From NCBI GenBank assembly GCA_012269595.1, contig JAAXJX010000011.1:68184-132183 (forward strand): a DNA stretch of 64,000 nt. Direction: 5' to 3'. A model generated the notes under the pieces. It was given only the letters and a program-made list of their open reading frames with translations. It had not been told where the DNA came from and made no database searches. The stretch is from Planctomycetia bacterium. GTDB taxonomy: Bacteria > Planctomycetota > UBA8108 > UBA1146. The position numbers and the translations under genes were made by a program. Of the stretch, positions 45,890-56,188 are shown piece after piece (the first letter of the stretch is position 1; each line of letters opens with the position of its first letter).

Positions 45890-47857
45890 TCAGTCTTCGG
45901 AGGCAGAGCCCTCACTTGAAGTGGCTTCGGATTCAACCAGAGTTCGCAACTGATCCTGCAAGCGGGATCTCAGCTCTTCGAGACCGGGATAGAGCTCCCG
46001 GCCTGCCGTTCGATCGAGGAGCCTTTCTGCCTGCCCGGTTTCACGCCTCAACAAGCGGACTCTCGCTTCCAGGAGCACCGCCAGGGGGTTCTCCGGCTCG
46101 AGTCTGCGGGCTCTTTGATAGGCATCCAGTGCACCCGGATACATCTGTTGGGACTCCAGCAATTGACCCAGATTGAGCCAGGCATTGGTGTATTGGGGGT
46201 CGACCTCCACGGCTTTGCGAACAGACTTCAGCGCACGGGGGCCATCGATGGTGGTCAGCATCGTTCCAAGGCTGTTCCAGGAAGGGGCATGATCCGCATC
46301 GGCAATCACTGCTTTCTCAAAGAATTGCAGGGCAATGCCGAAGTCGCCCCGGTTTTGACTGAGATGCCCCAAATTGTGCAATGCCCGGACGTCATCCGGA
46401 TCCTGCTCCAGGCATTTCTGATACCACTCTTCTGCGAGAGTGAGGTCTCCCCGTTGCTCATGGATGTATCCGATGGCCATCGGATCGATGCAGTAGGTTT
46501 CCATCAACGATTTCGATGGGATGGGAATCAGGTGAGTACTCAGGCTCAAGAGCAAGAGGGGGATTGCGTCGCGCCAGTGAAGCGTTGCCCGGGTCAGTCC
46601 CACACCCCCGAGAACGCACCCCAGGGCGATCATGGGAACCCGATAACGCCCGGCGACAAAAAAGACCCACGTCAGGAGAGTGAGAATGACGATGGTCACC
46701 ACGATGGGAAGCCCGCGACTCCACAGTTCACGGCGCAGCTTCCAGCCTCCAAAGAGCATGAGTGCGATGAGAAAGCCGGAGGTTCCGGGGCCGAAACGGA
46801 GGATCTTCAAGACGGGATTCAGTTCTTCTTCATCGACCAGATTTTTGTTGTTGGGAACATCTCTGGCAGAGATCAGGGCCAGAGCCTTGACGCCCATTCG
46901 CTTCAGCCAGGCACCTGGATCAGCAGAGATCTCAGCCCAGGCGAGGCGGGTATAGAGTTGGCTTCGTTCAGAAGGCTTTTCCAGATGGTCTGCCAACTCA
47001 AGGAGTTCATCCCATCGTGGCCCTGCAGCTACTGAGGTCAGTCCATCCGCACCGATACCTCCTCCGGCACGATTTCCGATCAGCAGGTTGATTCCACCAT
47101 TGGAACTGACGAGAACCCGATCTTCACCGGCCCAGCGATTCAGGGCCATCACCGGTCCGACTGACATGAGAAAGCCGAGAAGCAGAGCCCCGAAAGCGTT
47201 CCAGCGTTGAGGAGTGTTCCAGGTTGCCCGCAATGCGATCAGTGAATAAAGGGGGCCAAGTGGCAGTGCGATGGCCCGGGTGATGGCTGCGAGACCGGTC
47301 ACGAAGCCGACGAGAGCCCAGGATTTCTCCCGGGGTTGGCGACTTTCGTCTTCCAGTTTGAGTACTCGATCGAGGCGTTCTACAGAAAGAATGATCAGGA
47401 AAGTAAAAAGAGTGGTGTCGAGAAATTGACCTGCAAAATAGGCGGATAACCCACACAGACCATGGAGCGCGCCTGTCCACAGTGCCGCTCGGCGACCACC
47501 CCAACGGAATGCCAGCAGTGCGAGGAGAAGGGTGGTCCCCGCATCGAGCAGGGCCTGAATCACTTTGACGGTCCACGCCCATGATGGGGGGACTCCCTGA
47601 CCCATCGGACCGATATCGTCAAAGCCGCTGCCGATGGCTGCCAGAAGGGCTGGATATCCGGGGGGTTTCCACCATGGGGTTCCTGCGGCTGGCCCCTCCT
47701 CCAGGAAGAGTCGAGCCTGATCGACATTCGTCATTTCATCCACGAAGGGGTAGTGAAAACAGATGTCATGAGCAGACATCTGACTGATCACTGCGAGGCG
47801 AATCAGAAGTGAGCCAAAAAACAGAATCAGAAGCAGGCGTGACTTTTCGGGGATCAC
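45890..47857 (-). CDS. GT-C glycosyltransferase (family 39/PMT_2-like) fused to a C-terminal TPR domain
   Basis: About 11 TM helices with a DEM/D-type first-loop motif (YPFVDEMTNV), followed by at least four TPR repeats. Confidence 0.8.
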   Translation of the reverse strand: MIPEKSRLLLILFFGSLLIRLAVISQMSAHDICFHYPFVDEMTNVDQARLFLEEGPAAGTPWWKPPGYPALLAAIGSGFDDIGPMGQGVPPSWAWTVKVIQALLDAGTTLLLALLAFRWGGRRAALWTGALHGLCGLSAYFAGQFLDTTLFTFLIILSVERLDRVLKLEDESRQPREKSWALVGFVTGLAAITRAIALPLGPLYSLIALRATWNTPQRWNAFGALLLGFLMSVGPVMALNRWAGEDRVLVSSNGGINLLIGNRAGGGIGADGLTSVAAGPRWDELLELADHLEKPSERSQLYTRLAWAEISADPGAWLKRMGVKALALISARDVPNNKNLVDEEELNPVLKILRFGPGTSGFLIALMLFGGWKLRRELWSRGLPIVVTIVILTLLTWVFFVAGRYRVPMIALGCVLGGVGLTRATLHWRDAIPLLLLSLSTHLIPIPSKSLMETYCIDPMAIGYIHEQRGDLTLAEEWYQKCLEQDPDDVRALHNLGHLSQNRGDFGIALQFFEKAVIADADHAPSWNSLGTMLTTIDGPRALKSVRKAVEVDPQYTNAWLNLGQLLESQQMYPGALDAYQRARRLEPENPLAVLLEARVRLLRRETGQAERLLDRTAGRELYPGLEELRSRLQDQLRTLVESEATSSEGSASED

Positions 47858-47882
47858 CCGGCGCTCCTTCTTGATCAGGTGG

Positions 47883-48272
47883 CTACTGAAGACCCTTGAC
47901 GATCTCGATTCTGCCCGTCAGTCCTGTGATTTGCTTAAAGGAGTCCTCAGGAGTAAAGGTTCCCAGCATGACGGGTTGATCGCGGCGGAAGACCTTTGTG
48001 TTCCCGGAGGCATCGAAGGAGCCAAGGATTTCAAAGACGGTGTTGTACACGTAGTTGATTTCGTTCTCGGTTTGGGTTCCACCGACCTTGACGTCGATTT
48101 TCCGAAACCCGACATAACCCACCAACTCATCCTCAAGAAGGACTCTCGACCAGGAGATGGGTGTCGCCGAGGCAGATTGGTCGACGGTGATTTTTGCTCC
48201 CTGGGTTCCTGAGCAGCCACTGAAGCTGATCAGGCTCACCAGCAGCAGGCAGACCAGATGAAAGATCGACAT
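47883..48272 (-). CDS. Hypothetical lipoprotein
   Basis: Signal peptide with lipobox MSIFHLVCLLLVSLISFSGCSG; start moved to that ATG (the ORF track extends to 48323). Confidence 0.5.
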   Translation of the reverse strand: MSIFHLVCLLLVSLISFSGCSGTQGAKITVDQSASATPISWSRVLLEDELVGYVGFRKIDVKVGGTQTENEINYVYNTVFEILGSFDASGNTKVFRRDQPVMLGTFTPEDSFKQITGLTGRIEIVKGLQ

Positions 48273-48431
48273 GGAAAGGTTGCTCCGAAGTGACAGGGAT
48301 TCTTGTTTGTCAGTGGGACTCATGATGGCATCCTTTTCGGAGGCTGAGGGTGTCAGCTCTCAGGCAAAGTTTTTTGTTCAATGGTCACGTGAGAAATCAC
48401 TTGTCAGGTATCGCGACCCGGGATCCGCCAA

Positions 48432-48992
48432 ATGGAAGGGAACCCCATGGAAATTACCCTAGCGGAGACCGTTGGAGGGATCTACTACCTCGTCATTGCA
48501 CTCTCCTCATTGTTGGGGTGTTTTTTGGTGGCAATGGGATTTCCAGGCCAATTTTTTCCAGGTGTGACCGCCGCCATATTATGGCTCTCCGGGGTGTCCG
48601 ACGAGGCCGGTGAAGTCATCATCGGGGGTGAGGTCGTACTGACCCTGTTTGGTTTGGGGTTATTGGCGGAAGGGTTCGAATTCGTCAGTGGTCTGGTGGG
48701 CGGAAAGGCCGCAGGATCCCGCTGGCGGGGAGCCGTGGGGGGCATGATCGGGGGCTTTGCCGGAGCGATCTTTGGAAATCTGCTGTTCCCACTCTTCGGA
48801 GGCTTGCTGGGAATCGTCGTCGGGACCCTGTTCGGAGCAATTTTCGGGGAGATGCAAGGGGAGGAAGCTGCCGGAACAGAGCAAGCGGTCAAGGTCGGTC
48901 TCGCCTCGGCAATCGGCAAGGCGGTCGGGCTGGTAGCCAAAGTTGCGCTCAACTTTGCCATCGGTTTCTGGGCAATTCTGCAGTTGTTTTGA
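48432..48992 (+). CDS. GxxxG-rich small membrane protein (DUF456-like)
   Basis: 186 aa with four or five TM segments rich in GxxxG / GGxxG motifs. Confidence 0.55.
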   Translation: MEGNPMEITLAETVGGIYYLVIALSSLLGCFLVAMGFPGQFFPGVTAAILWLSGVSDEAGEVIIGGEVVLTLFGLGLLAEGFEFVSGLVGGKAAGSRWRGAVGGMIGGFAGAIFGNLLFPLFGGLLGIVVGTLFGAIFGEMQGEEAAGTEQAVKVGLASAIGKAVGLVAKVALNFAIGFWAILQLF

Positions 48993-49211
48993 CGATCTGC
49001 CAGCAGATCCCAACTCGTGAAAAAAACGACGATTTTCGGCCTTTGATCGAGCTGAAATTGTGATTCCCGCCTTCTTTCGGAAGTCATTCCCGGTTTGCCA
49101 ACAGGTGATCTTGACAGAACCGAGAAGAGGGATATGCTTCATCCTCTGGCGGGAATTCGTCTCAGCGAAATCCTGCCACCTGCCTTCGTATGCTCAGGGC
49201 CACGACTGGTA

Positions 49212-49288
<77 letters not shown>

Positions 49289-49395
49289 GTCGTGGCCCTT
49301 TTCTTTTTTCCTTATTTTCCTTCTCTCCCAAATTTTCACACTTCATTTGTAATTCGTTTTTCGGATTCCATGTCGCTCCGGGTATTTCCGTCTTG

Positions 49396-49415
49396 CTTGT
49401 CGATTCATCGACAAG
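49396..49415. promoter_or_regulatory. Perfect palindrome CTTGTCGAT-tc-ATCGACAAG; candidate operator upstream of the sugar-isomerase/oxidoreductase locus
   Basis: 9-bp arms with a 2-bp spacer, about 70 nt upstream of the ATG at 49485. Confidence 0.35.
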
Positions 49416-49484
49416 GATGCTGGGACACGCAAATCTAGTCGCCCTCTGCCTGCAAGCGGAGGCCCTGGTTCAGTGTTCTGAAGC

Positions 49485-50312
49485 GTGAGGATTCCGATGC
49501 GTAAAGCGGTTTGTTCCTGGTCGCTGCAACCCACAGGGGTGCAGGATCTTTTGACCAAAGTTGGTGAAACCGGTGTGAAGGGGATTCAGCTCGCCCTGGA
49601 TCCTTTGCGTTCTTCCACTTCCGTGACCGATGATCTGCAACTGTTGCGGGATTCGGATTTGACCATCGTCAGCGGAATGATGGAGATGGTGGGGGAAGAT
49701 TATTCGACCTTCGAGACGATCAGGGAAACCGGTGGAGTTCGTCCTGATCAAACCTGGGAGTCCAACCTTGAAAATGCCCGTGGGAACGCGGTATTGGCCA
49801 GTGAGTTGGGATTGAGTCTGGTCACTTTTCATGCCGGTTTCATTCCACATGATCCCGCTGACCCGGAGCGACAGCAGATGATGGATCGCCTGGTGATGAT
49901 CGCAGACGTCTTTGCTGAACAGGGTTGTCAGGTTGCGCTGGAGACGGGCCAGGAAAGCGCAGAAACTTTGCTGACCGTCCTTCAGGAAATGAATCACCCG
50001 GGAATCGGAGTCAATTTCGATCCGGCCAACATGATCCTCTACGGTATGGGTGAACCGGTCTCCTCTCTGGATCTCCTTTCTGCCTGGGTTCGGCAAATCC
50101 ACATCAAGGACGCCGACCCCTCTTCAACAGCCGGGACCTGGGGGAGTGAAGTCCCCGTGGGCACGGGAAGTGTCGACTGGGGGCGGTTTTTTGAAGTCGT
50201 CAGGAAGTGCAACCTTGCCGTGGATCTCGTGATTGAACGAGAAGCGGGCGACGATCGTATCGGGGACGTGAAAGTGGCTTCTTCAAGGTTGAGCGAGTGG
50301 CAGGGAATTTGA
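49485..50312 (+). CDS. Sugar phosphate isomerase/epimerase (xylose-isomerase-like TIM barrel), cytoplasmic
   Basis: 275 aa with AP-endonuclease-2/TIM-barrel family features (...VTFHAGF..., ...HIKD...); no signal peptide. Confidence 0.85.
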   Translation: MRIPMRKAVCSWSLQPTGVQDLLTKVGETGVKGIQLALDPLRSSTSVTDDLQLLRDSDLTIVSGMMEMVGEDYSTFETIRETGGVRPDQTWESNLENARGNAVLASELGLSLVTFHAGFIPHDPADPERQQMMDRLVMIADVFAEQGCQVALETGQESAETLLTVLQEMNHPGIGVNFDPANMILYGMGEPVSSLDLLSAWVRQIHIKDADPSSTAGTWGSEVPVGTGSVDWGRFFEVVRKCNLAVDLVIEREAGDDRIGDVKVASSRLSEWQGI

Positions 50313-50323
50313 GGGGCAGGAAG

Positions 50324-51343
50324 ATGGCGACAGGTATTGGAATCATCGGTTTTGGATTTATGGGCAAAACCCATTTGCATGCATGGCTGGATGCCATCGA
50401 AGGCGGTGCCGATGCCAGAGTGGTGGCGATCCAGTGCCCCGAGGATCTCACTTCTGCTTCGGCAGGGAATGTCGAGACGGGAGCGGAAGAGGAAGTGAAT
50501 CCTCTCGACCTGGGGATCACCCATCACCGGGATCTGGATTCTTTTCTGGCGGATTCCCGGGTGGAAGCGGTCAGCCTGTGTACACCCACGGACACCCATG
50601 TGGAGCTGGCCACTCTCGTCTTGCAGGCGGGCAAGGATGTCCTCATCGAAAAGCCGGTTGCCCTCGAGGCTGAAGAGATTGAGAAGCTTGCGAAGGTGGC
50701 TCAAGAGAACGACAGGGAATGCATGCCAGCGATGTGCATGCGTTACTGGCCTGGTTGGTCATGGTTGCGAGAGCAGGTCAAAACCGGTTGTTTGGGCCCG
50801 GTCCACACTGCCCACTTTCAGAGGATTGGTGCCATACCCGGCTGGAGTCAGGATTTTTATCACGATGAATCCCGTTCCGGTGGAGCCCTGACCGATCTTC
50901 ATATTCATGACGTGGATTTCATTCTTTCCACTTTCGGATCTCCTGCGACGGTGACGACCAGTGGTAACCGCAATCAGATGATGACAACGTACGCCTACCC
51001 TGAAGGTCCCTCTTCTGTCACAGCGGAGGGTGCGTGGTATCCCGCGGCCAGTTATCCCTTTCAAATGCGCTATCGGGTTTCCTTTGCTGATGGGGTCGCA
51101 GATTACGACCTTGCACGGGAGGGACGGGAGTTGCTTCTTTATCAGGGAGATTCGGTGGAGGAGATCGAACTGACTCCGACCGGTGGATATCAGTTGGAGA
51201 TCGAGCACTTTCTGGCTCTGGTCAGAGGGGAGTCCCCAACACCTGCTCCGACCTTGGCGGAGGCGGCAAATGTGGCACGGTGGATTCAGGCGGAGGCCCG
51301 AAGTCTCTCCAGTGGCCTGGCGACAGAAAGAGATCCCTCCTGA
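50324..51343 (+). CDS. Gfo/Idh/MocA-family NAD(P)-dependent oxidoreductase (no signal peptide)
   Basis: Rossmann motif IGIIGFGFMGKTH and an EKP motif (VLIEKPVA). Start at the ATG with a GAGGGG...GAAG RBS; the ORF track starts at 50297 (GTG). Confidence 0.85.
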   Translation: MATGIGIIGFGFMGKTHLHAWLDAIEGGADARVVAIQCPEDLTSASAGNVETGAEEEVNPLDLGITHHRDLDSFLADSRVEAVSLCTPTDTHVELATLVLQAGKDVLIEKPVALEAEEIEKLAKVAQENDRECMPAMCMRYWPGWSWLREQVKTGCLGPVHTAHFQRIGAIPGWSQDFYHDESRSGGALTDLHIHDVDFILSTFGSPATVTTSGNRNQMMTTYAYPEGPSSVTAEGAWYPAASYPFQMRYRVSFADGVADYDLAREGRELLLYQGDSVEEIELTPTGGYQLEIEHFLALVRGESPTPAPTLAEAANVARWIQAEARSLSSGLATERDPS

Positions 51344-51420
51344 CAGAGGGGGGGCGGAAATGAAAAGTGGTGTGATCCGGGGTTCGGATCACACCACTTT
51401 TTTATGCTGAGACAGCCTTG

Positions 51421-52782
51421 CTAGTTGCAGTAAGGGTGCTCAAGACAGTCGGTCGGCTCCTGATCTGCGGCGATTCCGCAATCCGGGAACGGTGCGGAAG
51501 GTGCCGCTCCGTCAAGGAACTGGTAACTGATCACGAAGACCGGGTCTGCTGTGTCGTAGAGACCGTCGCCATTGGCGTCGTTGGCGGCCAGGCAGTTGTA
51601 GGTCGGTCCACCCAGGAAGAGATCTGAGAGCATCCAGATCGCATCGGCGACGTCATTGCGACCGTCCGCATTGGCGTCACTGCGCAGGAATGGAGTGACC
51701 GAAACCGCTTCAAAAGTGAGCGAGGCATCGTTGAGCTGGGCAGCCAGTGAGTTTCCACCGACCACCATGACGTTGCTGACAGGAGGGGATCCGAGTCCAC
51801 CGGACCATGTCAGAGCGGAAGATGCTCCGTCCTCGTCTCCTGCCAGAGCTCCGGCAACCGTGGAGTAATCGGCGATGACGGCGGTCTCACCTGCAGTGCT
51901 GAAGGTGATCGTCTCGGCACCAATGAAGGAGTAAACGACTCCACCGGTCCAACCGTCGGTGTAGATGCTGAGTTCAGCGAATCCGGGGCCATTGCCTCCG
52001 TCGAGAGCCGCCACGGATCCGGTGAAGGAAACGGAGGTGGCTTCGAGAAGGGCCGGGTCATGGGCCAGGCCCATGGAGAAGCCCTGAGTGGCATTCGGGA
52101 ACGGAGTTCCCAGTGCACTGTTGTCAATCTCGGCAATGGTGACGTCGATGCTGAAGGAGGCATTGCCGTCGTCCGGCGAGTAATTGACGGTTCTGTCGGA
52201 AGCGGTGTAGGAGTAGCCCGGATCGGGGATGTCGATCACGGTGATGGATCCACTGTTTGTTGAAGGAGTATTGGAAGATCCGCCAACAACGACCACCGTG
52301 CTGACCGGCGGTGATCCAAGGGTTGAGCAGTAATCGAGGGGGAAATCTCCCGGAGAAGCTCCGCCGTCGATATCGTAGCTGGTGCTGGCCATAAGGAATC
52401 CACTGGTTCCACCAGCAAGAGTTGCGCAGCCGGTGAAGCAGATGACGACTCCCTGAGTCCAACCATCCGAGTAAAGGCTGCCCTCAAGGAAGTCCGCTGG
52501 ACTGCCATTTTTGACGGTGGAGGTACTGTTGGCCGCACCATCTCCAGTGCCGATGGCTGTAGCGGTTACTTCGGGTCCATTACAAACACCCAGAGACCAG
52601 CCCTGGATATCGCCTGCCCCGGCGTCCAAGGTGAAATCGACCGTGACTGATGAACCTGCGGCTCCGGAAGCGGATCCCCCGTTCATCGTCTGTGATTCGG
52701 CAGTGCCGAAGGGGAACAAAGTCATGACCGCGAAGATCATGGCATGTGAAATAAAACGTGACATCGAACGAATTCCTCCCAT
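51421..52782 (-). CDS. Secreted protein with two copies of a ~120-aa domain, a C-terminal dockerin pair and a Cys-rich tail
   Basis: Signal peptide MSRFISHAMIFAVMTLFPFGTAESQ. Repeated domain (...GFSMGLAHDPALLE...LGSPPVSNVMVV...). Dockerin repeats DANADGRNDVADAIWMLSDLF and ANDANGDGLYDTADPVFVISYQF, ending ...PFPDCGIAADQEPTDCLEHPYCN. Confidence 0.75.
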   Translation of the reverse strand: MGGIRSMSRFISHAMIFAVMTLFPFGTAESQTMNGGSASGAAGSSVTVDFTLDAGAGDIQGWSLGVCNGPEVTATAIGTGDGAANSTSTVKNGSPADFLEGSLYSDGWTQGVVICFTGCATLAGGTSGFLMASTSYDIDGGASPGDFPLDYCSTLGSPPVSTVVVVGGSSNTPSTNSGSITVIDIPDPGYSYTASDRTVNYSPDDGNASFSIDVTIAEIDNSALGTPFPNATQGFSMGLAHDPALLEATSVSFTGSVAALDGGNGPGFAELSIYTDGWTGGVVYSFIGAETITFSTAGETAVIADYSTVAGALAGDEDGASSALTWSGGLGSPPVSNVMVVGGNSLAAQLNDASLTFEAVSVTPFLRSDANADGRNDVADAIWMLSDLFLGGPTYNCLAANDANGDGLYDTADPVFVISYQFLDGAAPSAPFPDCGIAADQEPTDCLEHPYCN

Positions 52783-52935
52783 GGGTCGATAAAGAACGAC
52801 AGGTCTCAGAAGTTTGAATATTTACTTTGGGCCATAATTCTGGCCGTTAGTAAGTAGTTTCTTTGTGTTTACAGGGGGATTCAAGTACTAGTTTGTAAAA
52901 TTCGCACGAGAAAATGTCACTGGAGGAGATTGGGG

Positions 52936-53640
52936 CTAAAGTTCTTTAATGGTGATATTACGGAACTTTAGGGGCGTTCCATGGCTTTGAAGTTCTATGG
53001 GACCGCGGATGGGGAGCGGCTCGTTCCTCCTCCAATAGTTTTCCAGGGGAGTGTCTTTTACAACTAACCTGTCATTCAAGTATACGGTGACGCGATCCGC
53101 CTTCATCAGGATGCGGAAGTGGTTCCAATCCCCAAGGGGTGAATCAGCCACTTCCAGAGGGTTCGCCCCCCCTTTTTGATTGTTGAAGAGTCCTCCGGAG
53201 CCGACTGGGTTTTTCAGGTGATCCCAGATCTGGACCTGCGGGCAACCCCTCAAGTAGACCCCGCTGTCACCTCCCGGGGTGATCTGCCACTCCATTTGCA
53301 ACTCAAAATCTCCATATTCCTTTTGAGTCACCAGATGGCTGCCTTTGCCGTCGAAGCACAGGACTCCGTCCTCCACTTTCCAGTGCCGGCGCATCTTTTC
53401 ATTCGCTTCGTGTTGGAGCTGTGTTTTCTCTGCGGCGCCCATGTTCTGTAACTGATAGGGGTTTGCAACCAGCCCCTGCCATCCATTCAGGGAGACTCCG
53501 TCGAAGAGAGAGATCTCCCGGGAGTGGGTTTCAGGGCCAATTGAGGCGATTCCGGAGCAGCCTGCGATCAGTGCAGGCAGGATCAGTGCTGGAAGGATGA
53601 AACACAGAGGGGTCCTCAGGGTGAGTAATCGGGTCTTCAT
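52936..53640 (-). CDS. DUF1080 (3-keto-disaccharide hydrolase / LamG-like) lipoprotein
   Basis: Lipobox LIAGCSG. DUF1080 pattern (FDGVSLNGWQG ... VEDGVL ... YGDFELQMEWQITPGGDSGVYLR ... GPIELQSHG). Confidence 0.85.
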   Translation of the reverse strand: MKTRLLTLRTPLCFILPALILPALIAGCSGIASIGPETHSREISLFDGVSLNGWQGLVANPYQLQNMGAAEKTQLQHEANEKMRRHWKVEDGVLCFDGKGSHLVTQKEYGDFELQMEWQITPGGDSGVYLRGCPQVQIWDHLKNPVGSGGLFNNQKGGANPLEVADSPLGDWNHFRILMKADRVTVYLNDRLVVKDTPLENYWRRNEPLPIRGPIELQSHGTPLKFRNITIKEL

Positions 53641-53845
53641 CGGTCATTTCCTTCCGTTCATGGGTTCAGGGGTCGGTCATAGCCTCGGAAGATCACAGAC
53701 CTTACGATCTTTTCCCTGTTGATCCGCCATGGAGTCGAAGCTGGATGGGGTTCTGGCAGGCCAAATCGGGCCTGGTTCGCATTTTTCAGTCGAGACCCGT
53801 CGGAGTCTGCCTCGGTTGACGACCTCTGTCACAGGAAGGGTAACC

Positions 53846-55198
53846 GTGACTCAGCCCCTCGATAAAGTTCTGAATTTCAAATTGTCGCTGATGATGTTTC
53901 TCCAGTATGCGATCTGGGGGGCATGGCTGCCGCTGTTGTACCCCTATCTCAAGAATCACATGAAGTTTGCCGACGGAGACATTGGCAACATGTTCGCGGT
54001 GGGTGCCGTCGGTGCGATTCTGGCTCCCTTTATCGCCGGTCAGATCGCGGATCGATTCTTTCGGACGGAGCATTTCCTGGCACTCAGCCATCTGGCCGGT
54101 GCTGCGGTGGTTTGGCAGTTGGCTTCCATCGAGCCCGGCGAGGGGGCTGTGAACCAATTCCTGATCTTCAGCCTGATCTACAGTTTGATCTATTCACCAA
54201 CTCTGTCGTTGACGAATTCCCTGAGTTTTCATCATCTTCCCGATCGGGATCGCGACTTTGGTCGTGTTCGGGTATGGGGCACGGTGGGGTGGATCGCAGT
54301 TGGAATCATCATCGGCCAACATCTTCTCAAAAGTTATGCTGGGGGAGATTTTGCCAATGCGGCGAGTCCCGAGGTTTATGCGGGCTACGCTGATGCGTTC
54401 AGACTGTCAGCCATCATCGGTGCAGGAATGGGAATCTTCTGTTTTCTGCTTCCTGCCACGCCGCCCGGAGGCAAAGCGGAGGACAACGCAACCTTTGCCG
54501 CTCTGGGTGAGGTCAAGCGCCAGCCTTTGCTGACCCTTTTTGCTCTTGCGGTGCCGATCTCCTGTATCCATCAGTTCTACTTTGTTCACACATCCGGATT
54601 CCTGGGCACACTGCAAACGCAGTTGAATGACGCCGATCTCGCGAACTCCATCAATACCCTGTTTGGTATCGGTGGCGGAGGCCTGATGACGGTGGGTCAA
54701 ATGAGTGAGATTCTGGTTCTCGCGATGATTCCCCTGCTGGCCAGCAAGTTTTCGCGGAAACAACTGCTGCTCATGGGATTGATCGCCTATGCCTTGCGCA
54801 TGGCCATCTTCGCTTATGCCCCGGGTTGGCTCGGTGAATCTGCCATGGGGCTGGTACTAGTGGGAGTGGCTCTGCACGGATTCTGTTTCGGCTGCTTCAT
54901 CTTTGTCGCCTTCATGATCGTCGATGAAGAGTGCCGGATGGACATCCGTGCCAGCGCACAGAGTCTCTTTAATCTGGTGATTGTCGGAATCGGCATCATC
55001 GTGGGCAGCAAGATCGCCACAAGCGTCTCTGTTTGGGCGAATGACACCAGTGTGATCACTGAGGGGACGCCCTGGCATTTGCCTTATGAGCGTCTCTTCT
55101 CGATTCCGATGTGGGCGAGTGTGATCTGTATTGGAATCCTGCTCTTGTGCTACCCCTCTGGATCCAACTCCGACAACGAAGAAAAAACGGCCTCATGA
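53846..55198 (+). CDS. MFS transporter, nucleoside:H+ symporter (NHS) family-like
   Basis: 12-TM protein whose N-terminus ([23 protein letters not shown]) resembles NupG/XapB-type transporters. Start set at the GTG with an AGGAAGGG RBS; the ORF track starts at 53729. Confidence 0.75.
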   Translation: MTQPLDKVLNFKLSLMMFLQYAIWGAWLPLLYPYLKNHMKFADGDIGNMFAVGAVGAILAPFIAGQIADRFFRTEHFLALSHLAGAAVVWQLASIEPGEGAVNQFLIFSLIYSLIYSPTLSLTNSLSFHHLPDRDRDFGRVRVWGTVGWIAVGIIIGQHLLKSYAGGDFANAASPEVYAGYADAFRLSAIIGAGMGIFCFLLPATPPGGKAEDNATFAALGEVKRQPLLTLFALAVPISCIHQFYFVHTSGFLGTLQTQLNDADLANSINTLFGIGGGGLMTVGQMSEILVLAMIPLLASKFSRKQLLLMGLIAYALRMAIFAYAPGWLGESAMGLVLVGVALHGFCFGCFIFVAFMIVDEECRMDIRASAQSLFNLVIVGIGIIVGSKIATSVSVWANDTSVITEGTPWHLPYERLFSIPMWASVICIGILLLCYPSGSNSDNEEKTAS

Positions 55199-56163
55199 AC
55201 GACTCCCTTGAATCCATCGATCGCAGGAAATTTCTGTCCCTTGCCGGTGCCGGTTTGGCCGCTGGATTATCCGGTTGTGGCGGATTGAGTGTGGGAGGCT
55301 ATCAGTTGATTCCTGGACCTCAACCCCCGCAGACATTCGACATCTCTCTGGCGGAGTGGTCTTTGCACCGAACTCTTCGCAAGGGCGAGATGACGAACCT
55401 CGATTTTCCCCGGGTCACCCGGGAGAAGTTTGGCCTCGATGCGGTGGAGTACGTCAACAGTTTCTTCAAGGACAAGGCCCGAGATGAAGTCTACCTCAAG
55501 GATCTTCGACAGCGCTGTGAAGACCATGGAGTCAAAAGCCTCCTGATCATGTGCGATGGCGAAGGAAATTTGGGAGACCCGGACGACGCGGCTCGCTCAC
55601 GGGCCATCGAAAATCATCATCGCTGGATCGATGCCGCGAAGTTTCTCGGTTGTCACTCCATCCGCGTCAATGCCGCGAGCTCCGGCAGTTACGAGGAGCA
55701 GATGCGACTTGCAGCGGACGGTCTGTCCCGGTTGACCGAATACGGTGCTTCCCAGGGACTGAATGTCATCGTTGAAAATCATGGCGGACTTTCTTCGAAT
55801 GGGGCATGGCTCGCTGGAGTCATGAAGATGGTGAACCATCCCCGATGTGGAACGCTGCCCGATTTCGGCAATTTCAACCTCGGCAACGGAAAGACCTACG
55901 ACCGTTATCAGGGGATTGAGGAATTGATGCCCTTTGCCAAAGCGGTCAGTGCAAAGAGTCACGAGTTTGATGAGAATGGAAACGAAGTTCACACGGATTA
56001 TCGAAGAATGATGAGACTCGTCCGTGATGCCGGATACCAGGGCTACGTCGGCATTGAATTTGAAGGCCCCGGTGATGAAGCCGAAGGCATTCTTGCGACC
56101 AAGAGACTTCTCGAAAGGGAACGCGATCGCTGGTGGCAAGATGATGAAATCAAGAAATCCTGA
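55195..56163 (+). CDS. Sugar phosphate isomerase/epimerase (xylose-isomerase-like TIM barrel) with a Tat signal
   Basis: Twin-arginine signal [22 protein letters not shown] and the TIM-barrel family fold. ATGA overlap with the transporter stop. Confidence 0.85.
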   Translation: MNDSLESIDRRKFLSLAGAGLAAGLSGCGGLSVGGYQLIPGPQPPQTFDISLAEWSLHRTLRKGEMTNLDFPRVTREKFGLDAVEYVNSFFKDKARDEVYLKDLRQRCEDHGVKSLLIMCDGEGNLGDPDDAARSRAIENHHRWIDAAKFLGCHSIRVNAASSGSYEEQMRLAADGLSRLTEYGASQGLNVIVENHGGLSSNGAWLAGVMKMVNHPRCGTLPDFGNFNLGNGKTYDRYQGIEELMPFAKAVSAKSHEFDENGNEVHTDYRRMMRLVRDAGYQGYVGIEFEGPGDEAEGILATKRLLERERDRWWQDDEIKKS

Positions 56164-56188
56164 ATTGAAAAGCAGAGAGGAACCTGCA

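Noticed and set aside
49111-49139. TTGACA-N17-ATGCTT upstream of tRNA-Asp
   Set aside because: The -35 box is perfect but the -10 box is weak. Plausible as a tRNA promoter but not supportable from sequence alone.
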